Below, in pieces: positions 9,451 to 19,387 of a stretch of 30,000 nt of DNA. The number at the start of each line of letters is the position of its first letter. Within the stretch, counting starts at the first letter, position 1. The DNA comes from Enterobacter sp. (lineage in GTDB: Bacteria; Pseudomonadota; Gammaproteobacteria; Enterobacterales; Enterobacteriaceae). Both the position numbers and the translations under genes were made by a program. The notes under the pieces were generated by a model that did no database searches, was not told the DNA's origin, and worked only from the letters and a program-made list of their open reading frames with translations. Location of the stretch: positions 1,527,528 to 1,557,527 of the forward strand of contig JBCNNT010000012.1 of NCBI GenBank assembly GCA_039594245.1, read 5' to 3'.

Positions 9451-11046
9451 ATGAAACCTGAAAGACCCTCACGCCTCAATGGACGCGTGACTGTACTGTC
9501 AGCGCAGGAAGCGGTGGAATATATTCCCGACGAAGCCACGCTGTGCATTTTAGGCGCAGGTGGCGGCATTCTCGAAGCCACCACATTGATCACCGCGTTA
9601 GCCGATAAATATAAACAGACGCAAACACCGCGAAACCTTTCCATTATCAGCCCAACCGGACTTGGCGACCGTGCCGATCGCGGGATCAGCCCGCTGGCAC
9701 AGGAAGGCCTGGTGAAATGGGCACTGTGCGGACACTGGGGACAATCGCCGCGTATCTCCGATCTGGCAGAACAAGGTAAAATTGCTGCCTACAACTACCC
9801 GCAAGGCGTTTTAACACAGACGCTGCGCGCCGCGGCGGCCCACCAGCCCGGCATCCTTAGCGATATCGGACTGGGCACCTTCGTTGACCCCCGCCAGCAA
9901 GGCGGCAAGCTGAATGAAGTCACCCAGGAAGATCTGATCAAACTGGTCGAGATCGATAACAAAGAGTACCTCTACTACAAAGCCATTGCCCCGGACATCG
10001 CGTTTATCCGCGCCACCACCTGTGACAGCGAAGGATATGCCTCGTTTGAAGATGAAGTGATGTATCTGGATGCACTGGTACTGGCGCAGGCGGTGCATAA
10101 CAACGGCGGGATTGTGATGATGCAGGTGCAGAAAATGGTGAAAAAAGCCACGCTGCATCCGAAATCAGTGCGCATTCCGGGGTACCTGGTGGATATCGTG
10201 GTAGTGGATCCCAACCAGACGCAGTTGTACGGCGGCGCACCGGTGAACCGCTTTATCTCTGGTGATTTCACGCTCGACGACAGTACGCAACTTACCCTGC
10301 CCCTCAATCAGCGCAAGCTGGTGGCGCGCCGCGCCTTATTTGAGATGCGCAAAGGCGCGGTGGGAAATGTGGGGGTCGGTATTGCCGACGGCATCGGCCT
10401 GGTGGCGCGTGAAGAAGGCTGTGCCGATGATTTCGTGCTGACGGTGGAAACCGGGCCGGTCGGCGGCATCACCTCACAAGGTGTGGCGTTCGGCGCCAAC
10501 GTCAATACTCGCGCCATTCTCGATATGACCTCGCAGTTTGATTTCTACCACGGCGGCGGCCTTGATGTGTGTTACCTGAGCTTTGCCGAAGTGGATCAAC
10601 ACGGCAACGTCGGCGTGCATAAATTCAATGGCAAAATTATGGGCACCGGCGGTTTTATTGATATTAGCGCCACCTCACGAAAAATTGTGTTCTGCGGCAC
10701 GCTGACTGCCGCCGGGCTGAAGACCGAGATTACCGACGGCCAGTTGCGCATTGTGCAGGAAGGCCGGGTGAAAAAATTCATTAGCACGCTGCCAGAAATT
10801 ACCTTCAGCGGAAAAATCGCCCTCGAACGCGGGCTGGACGTCCGTTACATCACCGAACGCGCAGTATTTACCCTGAAAGAGGACGGTCTCCATTTAATGG
10901 AGATTGCGCCGGGCGTCGATCTGCAAAAAGACATTCTGGACAAAATGGCGTTCACGCCGGTGATTTCTCCCGACCTGAAACTGATGGATCCACGCTTATT
11001 TATCGATGCCACCATGGGGTTTGTGTTACCCGAAGCGGCCAATTAA
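9451..11046 (+). CDS. ydiF: Acetate/short-chain acyl-CoA transferase YdiF
   Basis: 531 aa. MKPERPSRLNGRVTVLSAQEAVEYIPDEATLCILGAGGGILEATTLITALADKYKQTQTPRNL... closely matches remembered E. coli YdiF. AGGAG SD upstream. Confidence 0.93.
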   Translation: MKPERPSRLNGRVTVLSAQEAVEYIPDEATLCILGAGGGILEATTLITALADKYKQTQTPRNLSIISPTGLGDRADRGISPLAQEGLVKWALCGHWGQSPRISDLAEQGKIAAYNYPQGVLTQTLRAAAAHQPGILSDIGLGTFVDPRQQGGKLNEVTQEDLIKLVEIDNKEYLYYKAIAPDIAFIRATTCDSEGYASFEDEVMYLDALVLAQAVHNNGGIVMMQVQKMVKKATLHPKSVRIPGYLVDIVVVDPNQTQLYGGAPVNRFISGDFTLDDSTQLTLPLNQRKLVARRALFEMRKGAVGNVGVGIADGIGLVAREEGCADDFVLTVETGPVGGITSQGVAFGANVNTRAILDMTSQFDFYHGGGLDVCYLSFAEVDQHGNVGVHKFNGKIMGTGGFIDISATSRKIVFCGTLTAAGLKTEITDGQLRIVQEGRVKKFISTLPEITFSGKIALERGLDVRYITERAVFTLKEDGLHLMEIAPGVDLQKDILDKMAFTPVISPDLKLMDPRLFIDATMGFVLPEAAN

Positions 11047-11059
11047 CAGGAGTACGATA

Positions 11060-12208
11060 ATGGATTTCTCTTTAACCGAAGAGCAGGAACTGCTGCTTGC
11101 CAGCATCCGGGAACTCATTACCAGCAACTTCCCGGAAGAGTATTTCCGTACCTGCGATCAGACAGCAACTTACCCACGCGAATTTATGCGTGCACTCGCC
11201 GATAACGGCATCTCTATGCTCGGCGTGCCAGAAGAGTTCGGCGGCATCCCGGCAGATTATGTCACGCAGATGCTGGCGCTGATGGAAGTATCAAAATGCG
11301 GCGCACCGGCATTCCTGATCACCAACGGCCAGTGCATCCACAGCATGCGTCGTTTCGGCTCCGCTGAGCAGCTACGGAAAACGGCGGAAAGTACGATGGA
11401 AACCGGCGATCCGGCGTATGCGCTGGCATTAACCGAACCGGGAGCGGGTTCCGATAACAACAGTGCCACCACCAGCTACACGCGCAAAAACGGCAAGGTT
11501 TACCTGAACGGGCAGAAAACCTTCATTACCGGGGCGAAGGAATACCCTTACATGCTGGTGCTGGCGCGCGATCCGCAGCCTAAAGATCCGAAAAGAGCCT
11601 TTACGCTGTGGTGGGTGGACGCGAAAAAACCGGGGATCAAAGTTAACCCGCTGCACAAAATCGGCTGGCATATGCTCAGCACCTGCGAAGTGTATCTCGA
11701 CAATGTCGAAGTTGAAGAGAGCGATATGGTCGGCGAAGAAGGCATGGGCTTTCTCAATGTGATGTACAACTTTGAAATGGAACGCCTGATCAACGCCGCC
11801 CGCAGTACCGGCTTTGCCGAATGCGCGTTTGAAGATGCTGCCCGCTATGCCAATCAGCGCATTGCTTTCGGTAAACCAATTGGCCATAACCAGATGATCC
11901 AGGAAAAACTGGCGTTAATGGCGGTAAAAGTTGAGAACATGCGCAATATGGTACTGAAAGTGGCCTGGCAGGCCGATCAGCAGCAGTCCCTGCGCACCAG
12001 CGCTGCACTGGCGAAGCTGCACTGCGCCCGTACTGCACAGGAGGTGATTGATGATGCCATCCAGATTATGGGTGGGCTGGGTTATACCGATGAAGCGCGC
12101 GTCTCTCGTTTCTGGCGGGATGTACGTTGTGAACGCATCGGTGGCGGCACTGACGAGATCATGATTTACATCGCCGGACGCCAGATTCTGAAGGATTACC
12201 AGGATTAA
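11060..12208 (+). CDS. ydiO: Acyl-CoA dehydrogenase/enoyl-CoA reductase YdiO
   Basis: The track ORF starts at 11006, inside ydiF. The ATG at 11060 gives MDFSLTEEQELLLASIRELI..., the remembered YdiO start, with a CAGGAG SD. Acyl-CoA dehydrogenase family. Confidence 0.92.
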   Translation: MDFSLTEEQELLLASIRELITSNFPEEYFRTCDQTATYPREFMRALADNGISMLGVPEEFGGIPADYVTQMLALMEVSKCGAPAFLITNGQCIHSMRRFGSAEQLRKTAESTMETGDPAYALALTEPGAGSDNNSATTSYTRKNGKVYLNGQKTFITGAKEYPYMLVLARDPQPKDPKRAFTLWWVDAKKPGIKVNPLHKIGWHMLSTCEVYLDNVEVEESDMVGEEGMGFLNVMYNFEMERLINAARSTGFAECAFEDAARYANQRIAFGKPIGHNQMIQEKLALMAVKVENMRNMVLKVAWQADQQQSLRTSAALAKLHCARTAQEVIDDAIQIMGGLGYTDEARVSRFWRDVRCERIGGGTDEIMIYIAGRQILKDYQD

Positions 12209-12215
12209 AACTGCT

Positions 12216-12245
12216 CTGTAGCTCCCGGCGCGCCGGGAGCTACAG
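12216..12245. terminator. Perfect 30-bp GC-rich palindrome between convergent ydiO and ydiP
   Basis: CTGTAGCTCCCGGCG/CGCCGGGAGCTACAG lies between the ydiO stop (12208) and the ydiP stop (12251). The flanking T-runs are weak (AGCAGTTTT on the minus strand). It is probably a bidirectional terminator or stabiliser hairpin. Confidence 0.6.
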
Positions 12246-12250
12246 GAAAA

Positions 12251-13162
12251 TTAATACAGCACTTTTTCCGGCACGTAAAAATCGGACAGATACTCTGATT
12301 CAACCACGTTATTTTTAAATTGCCGACGGTAGTCGCTGGGTGAGCAACCACCATGACGCAGAAAGAGCTTGGCAAAATGATCGACGTTTTCGTATCCCAC
12401 GCGCCAGGAGATTTCGGCCAGCGAATTATCGGTATTGGTCAGCGCAAATTTGGCTTCCGTCATCCGCCGCTGAATCACATAGTTGATGGGAGAAATACGG
12501 TATTCTTTAGTAAATTCGTGACAGATATAACTGACACTGGCGTGAAATTGTTTTGACAACTGTTCGAGCGTTATTTTTTTACGGTAGTTGTTATTCAGAT
12601 AAACCAGAATATCTTTAATTAACGCATCTTTTTTAATATACCCCTGCTCCGATCGGTAAGCGTTTTTAAAGTTTTCGAAGTACAACACCGTCAGCGCATA
12701 AGCAAACGCATCATAGACCGAAGATGTTAATGTATTTTTACTTTGCGGCAACATTACGCTCAATTCATGAAAGATGCTGGTAATCACCTCTTTTGCCTGC
12801 CCGGCAGAAATGACCGGACACGAATGCGGTTGCAACAGTTGGTTCTCTTCCCAGCCGCGAAAACGAAAGCCATACAGCGCGCAGGTATAGGTAGTGGCAG
12901 GCGCGTTCGCATCGGAAGTGACGGCGTGTAACCGCCCCCGCTCAATCACCACAATATCGTTCTCGTGCGCGACATACAGCGACGAATCAATGATTAATCG
13001 TGCAATCCCTTTTTTGACAAAAATAAGCTCAGTTTCATTATCGTGAACATGATGCCCGGATTCCCAGGTTGGGTCATCGCTGATGACAAAGCGCGAAAAT
13101 CGGGGCGTTTCCCCCTGCACGAAAAGGGGTTCCACGGCATTATCAAAGCATCGCTGATACAT
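12251..13162 (-). CDS. ydiP: AraC-family transcriptional regulator YdiP
   Basis: The track ORF extends to 13282. The ATG at 13160-13162 gives MYQRCFDNAVEPLFVQG..., the remembered YdiP start. C-terminal AraC HTH (ISWRVGYENVDHFAKLFLRH). Confidence 0.9.
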   Translation of the reverse strand: MYQRCFDNAVEPLFVQGETPRFSRFVISDDPTWESGHHVHDNETELIFVKKGIARLIIDSSLYVAHENDIVVIERGRLHAVTSDANAPATTYTCALYGFRFRGWEENQLLQPHSCPVISAGQAKEVITSIFHELSVMLPQSKNTLTSSVYDAFAYALTVLYFENFKNAYRSEQGYIKKDALIKDILVYLNNNYRKKITLEQLSKQFHASVSYICHEFTKEYRISPINYVIQRRMTEAKFALTNTDNSLAEISWRVGYENVDHFAKLFLRHGGCSPSDYRRQFKNNVVESEYLSDFYVPEKVLY

Positions 13163-13489
13163 GACAACCTCACATGTTAAGAATAAGCCTGAACAAAATA
13201 ATAAGGGTAAAATAGAGCGACTACTGCGGTTATTCAACACTCCTTCGCTGTTGCAGAACAAGATTATTTGCCCGGCATGCAAGATAATATGTTTACGCCT
13301 GAAAATTAATTTCCCTCACTTTTATTTTGCCTGGGCGATCTCACTTTTTTTGCAAGATTGTTAGCAACGAAAACAAATTGTCCCGTCGAAAAGCGCATCC
13401 CGCTATCGCACACTGTTTCCAGTCACTTTTTACTTTCCGTCGATATTGGCGCTACGTCCAATATTCGCCCGCGACTCACAGGAGATGCC

Positions 13490-14254
13490 ATGAAAATAAT
13501 AGCCTGCTTCAAACTGGTACCTGAGGAACAGGACATCGTGGTCACGCCCGACCACGCGCTCAGCTTTGACAATGCAGCAGCGAAGATCAGCCAGTTCGAT
13601 CTCAATGCTATCGAAGCGGCGACGCAGCTCGCCAGCGATGATGATGAGATTGCCGCCCTGACCGTTGGCGGTTCGCTGCTGCAAAATTCAAAAGTGCGTA
13701 AAGACGTACTTTCTCGCGGCCCGGACAGCCTGTTTATGTTGCAGGATGCGCAACTGGAACATGCCCTGCCGAAAGAAATCGCCCAGGCGCTGGCGGCGGC
13801 GGCAGAGAAGATGGGCTTCGATCTGATGCTGTTTGGCGAAGGTTCCGGGGATCTCTACGCCCAACAGGTGGGCTTGCTGGTTGGTGAGATCCTGCAACTG
13901 CCGGTGATTAACGCCGTCAGCAACATCCAGCGTAACGGCGACAAACTCAGCATTGAGCGCACGCTGGAAGAAGAGGTCGAAGTGATCGAACTGACGCCAC
14001 CCGCAGTTCTCTGTGTCACTTCCGATATAAACGTCCCGCGCATTCCTTCGATGAAAGCCATCCTTGGTGCGGGTAAAAAACCGGTCAACCAGTGGCAGGC
14101 CAGCGACATTGGCTGGAACCCGTCCTCACCGCTGGCGGAACTGATGGAAATCACCGTACCACCAGCCACCACGCGCAAACACATCATCCTCGACAATGAT
14201 TCACCCGAAGCGATTGCCCAACTGGCTGAACTCGTGAAAAAAGCCCTCAATTAA
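13490..14254 (+). CDS. ydiQ: Electron-transfer flavoprotein beta-like subunit YdiQ
   Basis: The track ORF starts at 13358. The ATG at 13490 with a CAGGAG SD gives MKIIACFKLVPEEQDIVV... (FixA/EtfB-like), with the size of E. coli YdiQ. Confidence 0.92.
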   Translation: MKIIACFKLVPEEQDIVVTPDHALSFDNAAAKISQFDLNAIEAATQLASDDDEIAALTVGGSLLQNSKVRKDVLSRGPDSLFMLQDAQLEHALPKEIAQALAAAAEKMGFDLMLFGEGSGDLYAQQVGLLVGEILQLPVINAVSNIQRNGDKLSIERTLEEEVEVIELTPPAVLCVTSDINVPRIPSMKAILGAGKKPVNQWQASDIGWNPSSPLAELMEITVPPATTRKHIILDNDSPEAIAQLAELVKKALN

Positions 14255-14274
14255 GCCCAACGGAGAAGAACACC

Positions 14275-15222
14275 ATGAGTCAATTAACCCATGTCTGGGT
14301 ACTGAGCGATAACGCAGAACGCTATGCCGAATTACTGTCCGGCGCACGCCTTTGGGGCCAGCAGGTACATGCCATCGTCTATGGCGCAGAACAGGTCAAG
14401 CGAGTCCAGTCTCTGGGCGCCGACAGTGTGATAGTGCTTGAACCCCACTCTGAACTGCAACGCATTGAAAATTTCGCTGAGACTCTTGCGGCGCGGATCG
14501 GGCAGGACGCTGCCGGCCAGCCATCATTACTGCTGATGGCCGCGACAAAACGGTGCAAAGCGCTGGGCGCGCGGTTGAGCGTGCAATTGAACGTGGCGAT
14601 GGTTAATGACGCCACGGCTGTCACCATTGCCGACGGCAGCGTCTGTGCGGAACACCGTATGTACGGTGGTCTGGCGTTTGGGAAAGAGAAACTCAACGGC
14701 TCGCTCGCCATCATTACCCTCGCATCCGGCGTACTGGAGCCTGCGGCCGCAGATTCGTCGCGCACCTGCCCGGTTGTCACTGCGGACTATATTGCGCCGC
14801 GCCACGAGATCCGTTGTCTGGAACGCCGCGCGAAAACGCTGAGCAGTGTGGATCTGAGTAAAGCGAAACGCGTGGTGGGTGTTGGCCGTGGCCTGGCGGC
14901 GAAAGATGACCTTGCGATGGTGCGAGAACTGGCCAGCGTGCTGGGTGCGGAAGTGGGTTGCTCGCGCCCGATTGCCGAAGGCGAAAACTGGATGGAACGC
15001 GAACGTTATGTGGGCGTCTCCGGCGTACTGCTGAAATCCGATCTCTACCTGACACTGGGGATTTCCGGGCAGATCCAGCATATGGTCGGCGGCAATGGCG
15101 CCAAAGTGATCGTCGCCATCAACAAAGATAAAAACGCGCCGATTTTCAATTATGCCGATTACGGCCTGGTGGGCGATATCTACAAAGTCGTCCCGGCCCT
15201 GATCGGTGAATTGAGCCACTAA
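14275..15222 (+). CDS. ydiR: Electron-transfer flavoprotein alpha-like subunit YdiR
   Basis: MSQLTHVWVLSDNAERYAELL...GISGQIQHMVGGNGAKVIVAINKDKNAPIFNYADYGLVGDIYKVVPAL matches remembered YdiR (FixB/EtfA-like). Confidence 0.92.
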   Translation: MSQLTHVWVLSDNAERYAELLSGARLWGQQVHAIVYGAEQVKRVQSLGADSVIVLEPHSELQRIENFAETLAARIGQDAAGQPSLLLMAATKRCKALGARLSVQLNVAMVNDATAVTIADGSVCAEHRMYGGLAFGKEKLNGSLAIITLASGVLEPAAADSSRTCPVVTADYIAPRHEIRCLERRAKTLSSVDLSKAKRVVGVGRGLAAKDDLAMVRELASVLGAEVGCSRPIAEGENWMERERYVGVSGVLLKSDLYLTLGISGQIQHMVGGNGAKVIVAINKDKNAPIFNYADYGLVGDIYKVVPALIGELSH

Positions 15223-15263
15223 GATACGTATCCCGCAGGCGCTGCGGGAAGGGAGCATAACGC

Positions 15264-16553
15264 ATGTCGGATGAAAAATTTGACGCCATCGTAGTGGGCG
15301 CGGGCGTGGCGGGAACGGTGGCGGCTTATGTGATGGCCAAAGCCGGACTGGATGTACTGGTTATTGAACGCGGCAACAACGCGGGCAGTAAGAATATGAC
15401 CGGCGGCCGACTCTACGCGCACAGTATTGAGCGCATCATGCCCGGTTTCGCGCAGCGCGCGCCCATTGAGCGCACGGTCACGCGGGAGAAAATCTCCTTT
15501 TTAACCGATGACAACGCCGTCACCCTCGATTTTCAACGCGAGAAATCTGAGCTCGCGGAGCAGGCCTCCTATACCGTGCTGCGTAGCCGACTCGATCCGT
15601 GGCTGATGGAGCAAGCCGAAGAAGCGGGCGCGCAATTTATTCCGGGTGTCCGGGTGGATGCGTTGATCCGTGAAGGCAATCAGGTCACCGGCGTGCAGGC
15701 AGGTGATGACATTCTTGAGGCCAATGTGGTGATCCTCGCTGACGGTGTCAATTCGCTGCTGGGACGTTCGCTGGGGATGGTGCCGGTGCCCTCGCCGCAC
15801 CATTATGCCGTGGGCGTGAAGGAACTGATTAGCCTGTCGACCACGCAAATCGACGATCGCTTTAATCTCTGCGGGAACGAAGGTGCCGCCTGGCTGTTTG
15901 CTGGCTCTCCATCGAATGGCCTGATGGGCGGCGGTTTTCTCTATACCAATCGGGAGTCGGTATCGATTGGTCTGGTTTGCGGGCTGGGAGAGATGGGTCA
16001 GGCCCGGAAAAGCGTGCCGCAAATGCTGGAGGACTTTAAACAGCATCCAGCTATTCGCCCGCTGATTCAGGGCGGGAAATTGCTGGAATACTCGGCGCAT
16101 ATGGTGCCGGAAGGTGGTCTCGCGATGATCCCGCAACTGGTCGGCGACGGGGTGATGATCGTGGGTGATGCTGCCGGGTTGTGCCTCAATCTGGGCTATA
16201 CGGTACGCGGTATGGACTTAGCCATCGCTTCGGCGGAAGCCGCGGCCAATACCGCGATTGCCGCCAGAGCGCAGCAAGATTTTTCGGCTCACGCACTTTC
16301 GGCCTATAAACGCGCGCTGGAGCAGAGCTTCGTGATGCGCGATATGCAGCATTTCCGCAAGCTCCCTGCCCTGATGGAAAACCCGCGTCTGTTTACCCAG
16401 TATCCGCAAATGGTGGCAGGCATCATGAATGATATGTTCACGGTTGACGGTAGCCCGAATCAGCCAGTACGCAAAATGATGATGTCTCACATGAAGAAAA
16501 TCGGCCTGCTGAATTTACTGAAAGACGGCATCAAAGGGGCGACTGCACTATGA
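15264..16553 (+). CDS. ydiS: ETF-quinone oxidoreductase-like flavoprotein YdiS
   Basis: 429 aa with an N-terminal FAD dinucleotide fold (FDAIVVGAGVAGTVAAYVMAKAG), FixC-like. Its stop overlaps the ydiT start (ATGA). Confidence 0.92.
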   Translation: MSDEKFDAIVVGAGVAGTVAAYVMAKAGLDVLVIERGNNAGSKNMTGGRLYAHSIERIMPGFAQRAPIERTVTREKISFLTDDNAVTLDFQREKSELAEQASYTVLRSRLDPWLMEQAEEAGAQFIPGVRVDALIREGNQVTGVQAGDDILEANVVILADGVNSLLGRSLGMVPVPSPHHYAVGVKELISLSTTQIDDRFNLCGNEGAAWLFAGSPSNGLMGGGFLYTNRESVSIGLVCGLGEMGQARKSVPQMLEDFKQHPAIRPLIQGGKLLEYSAHMVPEGGLAMIPQLVGDGVMIVGDAAGLCLNLGYTVRGMDLAIASAEAAANTAIAARAQQDFSAHALSAYKRALEQSFVMRDMQHFRKLPALMENPRLFTQYPQMVAGIMNDMFTVDGSPNQPVRKMMMSHMKKIGLLNLLKDGIKGATAL

Positions 16554-16843
16554 GCCAGGAGAATAACGTTAACGTTGACGTCAAACTGGGCGTCAATAAA
16601 TTCCATGTTGATGAAGGCCATCCGCACATTATTCTGGCCGATAACCCCAACATTGATGAGTTTCGCAAACTGCTCAACGCCTGTCCTGCCAATCTCTACA
16701 AGCAGGATGCGCAGGGCAATATCCATTTCGACTGCGCCGGTTGCCTTGAATGCGGCACCTGCCGTGTGTTGTGCGGGGAAACCATTCTCGAACACTGGAA
16801 CTACCCGGCAGGGACCTTCGGTGTTGACTTCCGCTACGGTTGA
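16550..16843 (+). CDS. ydiT: Ferredoxin-like protein YdiT
   Basis: 97 aa, FixX-like, with the Cys cluster CAGCLECGTCRVLC. Position as in E. coli. Confidence 0.9.
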   Translation: MSQENNVNVDVKLGVNKFHVDEGHPHIILADNPNIDEFRKLLNACPANLYKQDAQGNIHFDCAGCLECGTCRVLCGETILEHWNYPAGTFGVDFRYG

Positions 16844-16913
16844 GCCCAAATCCGCCTGAAATTCATGCAAAAACATCCACTACGTTTAACGGTTTATTGA
16901 CCAGGAAGAGTCC

Positions 16914-18581
16914 ATGAGTGTCACGATAACGTTTAATGCTGAACGTCGGGAAGCGTACCGACGGCAAGGATATTGGGGCGATGCATCGCTGGGCGATTAC
17001 TGGCACCAGACCCTGCGCGCGATGCCGGACAAACTCGCCGTGGTGGATAATCATGGTGATTCATACACCTATGCGGCGCTTGATCACGCCGCAAGTTGCC
17101 TGGCAACATGGTTGCTTAACAGCGGTATTCAACCGGGCGATCGCGTCGCATTTCAGCTACCGGGCTGGTGTGAATTCACGGTGATTTACCTGGCCTGCCT
17201 GAAAACCGGCGCGGTGTCTGTGCCGCTGCTGCCCGCCTGGCGTGAAGCGGAACTGGTGTGGGTATTAAATAAATGCCAGGCAAAAATCTTCTTTGCCCCA
17301 ACGCTGTTTAAGCAGACGCGTCCGGTCGATTTGATCCTGCCACTGCAAAACCAGTTACCCTGGCTACAACGCATTGTCGGCGTGGATAAGCTGGCACCGG
17401 CAACCACGTCGCTTAGCTTCCGGCAACTGGTGCAGGAGAACGCCCCACTACATGCACCGCGCGAAGTTCACGGCGATGAACTGGCCGCCGTGCTGTTTAC
17501 CTCCGGCACCGAGGGAATGCCGAAAGGCGTGATGTTAACCCATAACAATATTCTCGCCAGTGAACGAGCCTACTGCGCGCGGTTGAATCTCACCTGGCAG
17601 GATGTGTTTCTGATGCCTGCACCGCTCGGTCATGCAACCGGCTTTTTGCACGGCGTCACCGCGCCCTTTCTGATCGGTGCTCGCAGTGTATTGCTGGATA
17701 TTTTCACCCCGGAGGCCTGTCTCGCACTGCTGGAGCAACAGCGTTGCACCTGTATGCTCGGCGCCACGCCGTTTGTGTATGACATCTTGTGCGCCCTCGG
17801 CAAACAGCCGGCCGATCTTTTATCGCTGCGTTTCTTTCTTTGCGGTGGAACCACTATCCCCAAAAAAGTGGCGCAGGGTTGTCAGCAGCTTGGGATCAAG
17901 CTGTTAAGCATTTACGGTTCGACGGAGAGTTCGCCCCACGCGTTGGTGAATCTCGATGATCCGCTGCCGCGCATGATGAATACCGATGGCTATGCCGCTG
18001 CCGGTGTGGAAATTAAGGTGGTGGATGAGTCTCGCAAAACGCTGCTGCGCGGTATGGAAGGAGAAGAGGCCTCGCGCGGCCCGAATGTGTTTATGGGCTA
18101 TCTGGATGAGCCGGAACTGACTGCCAGGGCGCTGGATGACGAGGGCTGGTACTACAGTGGCGATCTCTGCCGGATGGACGACGCGGGCTATATCAGCATT
18201 ACCGGGCGTAAAAAAGATATTATCGTGCGTGGCGGCGAGAACATCAGCAGCCGCGAAGTGGAAGATGTGCTGTTACAGCATCCGGCCATTGAGGATGCCT
18301 GCGTGGTAGCGATGCCCGACGAACGTCTGGGGGAACGCTCATGCGCTTATCTGGTGCTGAAAACGCGGGAGCCGCCGCTACACCTGGAGGATGTGGTGGC
18401 TTTTTTCAGCCGTAAGCGGATGGCGAAATATAAATACCCAGAGCGCATCGTCATCGTCGATAAGCTGCCCAGGACATCATCCGGTAAGATCAAAAAGTTC
18501 CTGCTGCGCCAGGACATCATCCAGCGGATGAGCAAAGAGAGCGACTGCCCCAGCCCGCAAAGGCGCTACTCGCACTCGTAG
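16914..18581 (+). CDS. fadK: Short/medium-chain acyl-CoA synthetase FadK (YdiD)
   Basis: MSVTITFNAERREAYRRQGYWGDASL... plus AMP-binding motifs (LFTSGTEGMPKGVMLTH; YYSGDLCRMDDAGYISITGRKKDIIVRGGENIS) match remembered E. coli FadK. Confidence 0.92.
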   Translation: MSVTITFNAERREAYRRQGYWGDASLGDYWHQTLRAMPDKLAVVDNHGDSYTYAALDHAASCLATWLLNSGIQPGDRVAFQLPGWCEFTVIYLACLKTGAVSVPLLPAWREAELVWVLNKCQAKIFFAPTLFKQTRPVDLILPLQNQLPWLQRIVGVDKLAPATTSLSFRQLVQENAPLHAPREVHGDELAAVLFTSGTEGMPKGVMLTHNNILASERAYCARLNLTWQDVFLMPAPLGHATGFLHGVTAPFLIGARSVLLDIFTPEACLALLEQQRCTCMLGATPFVYDILCALGKQPADLLSLRFFLCGGTTIPKKVAQGCQQLGIKLLSIYGSTESSPHALVNLDDPLPRMMNTDGYAAAGVEIKVVDESRKTLLRGMEGEEASRGPNVFMGYLDEPELTARALDDEGWYYSGDLCRMDDAGYISITGRKKDIIVRGGENISSREVEDVLLQHPAIEDACVVAMPDERLGERSCAYLVLKTREPPLHLEDVVAFFSRKRMAKYKYPERIVIVDKLPRTSSGKIKKFLLRQDIIQRMSKESDCPSPQRRYSHS

Positions 18582-18656
18582 CGTTGCATAAGATGATGGT
18601 AATAAACGCATCCGTAAATGACGCCTGGTAAACAGATGATGAGCGTCGTTTCTGAC

Positions 18657-18712
18657 CCTGTGGCAACGCGACCTGCCGGTTACGTTGCCACAGGATTTAC
18701 TGACAAGTAAAT
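18657..18712. repeat. Two abutting inverted repeats downstream of fadK
   Basis: First repeat: CCTGTGGCAACG-(14 nt)-CGTTGCCACAGG at 18657-18694, a perfect 12-bp stem. Second repeat, immediately after: ATTTACT-gaca-AGTAAAT at 18695-18712. Neither has a clear U-tract. They sit between convergent fadK and the orphan gene. Confidence 0.45.
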
Positions 18713-18775
18713 GGCACGGGATTGGCGCTATCAGTATCAGAGAGCGGAGAAATGTTCCGTCTTGCCACCTGTATT

Positions 18776-19387
18776 CTATCCGGTAATAACCGTACGATAT
18801 TGATTCGGTTGATTTTTGGCACGGGGTGCGACTTGAATGCCGTTTTTCATTACATATCGTGTCCCTTTAAAATCTCTTTTAATATCCCCTTTTATTATCT
18901 TGTATTTTCCAGGTGTATAAGAGGTGCCATATTTCAGATCGTAAATATATTGCCCTTTATCACCGGAAGAAGACGGGCCGCTAATATAAGAAAATGAAAT
19001 CCCATCCCTGAGCATTTTTTCACCAAGCACCCGCAACCATTCTCGCTCGCCAATATGGCAACAATGGAATTTTAATACTCCAATGCGTTTCAAACCCCAT
19101 AGTTTTAGATAATAAATAAAATCGTCTGTCATTTTTGCATAGCGCAATCCAAACTCAGTCGAATGACTGACGATAATTAATTTATCATTCTCACCCATAT
19201 CGGCGCAGAAATCCCTTACGAAGCCACCGAACAAAATATCCCTGTAATCTGGATATCTTTTTTTTATGAAAGCATAGGTATCCGGCTCGGTGTACTTGAG
19301 ATCATCAAGAATAATGCATCTAACCTTTCCATATTTCCACACAGCCGGGATACTTGTCGTCCCATAACGCCTTAAAAAATCAAACAT
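18776..19387 (-). CDS. Hypothetical protein, orphan low-GC gene, family not recognised
   Basis: Track ORF 18776..19471 starts at TTG with no SD. The first ATG (19385-19387) is preceded by a GGAGAGG SD, giving a 203-aa product. The longer form would add a 28-aa very hydrophobic N-terminus. The uninterrupted 231-codon frame in visibly AT-rich DNA argues for real coding. Confidence 0.6.
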   Translation of the reverse strand: MFDFLRRYGTTSIPAVWKYGKVRCIILDDLKYTEPDTYAFIKKRYPDYRDILFGGFVRDFCADMGENDKLIIVSHSTEFGLRYAKMTDDFIYYLKLWGLKRIGVLKFHCCHIGEREWLRVLGEKMLRDGISFSYISGPSSSGDKGQYIYDLKYGTSYTPGKYKIIKGDIKRDFKGTRYVMKNGIQVAPRAKNQPNQYRTVITG

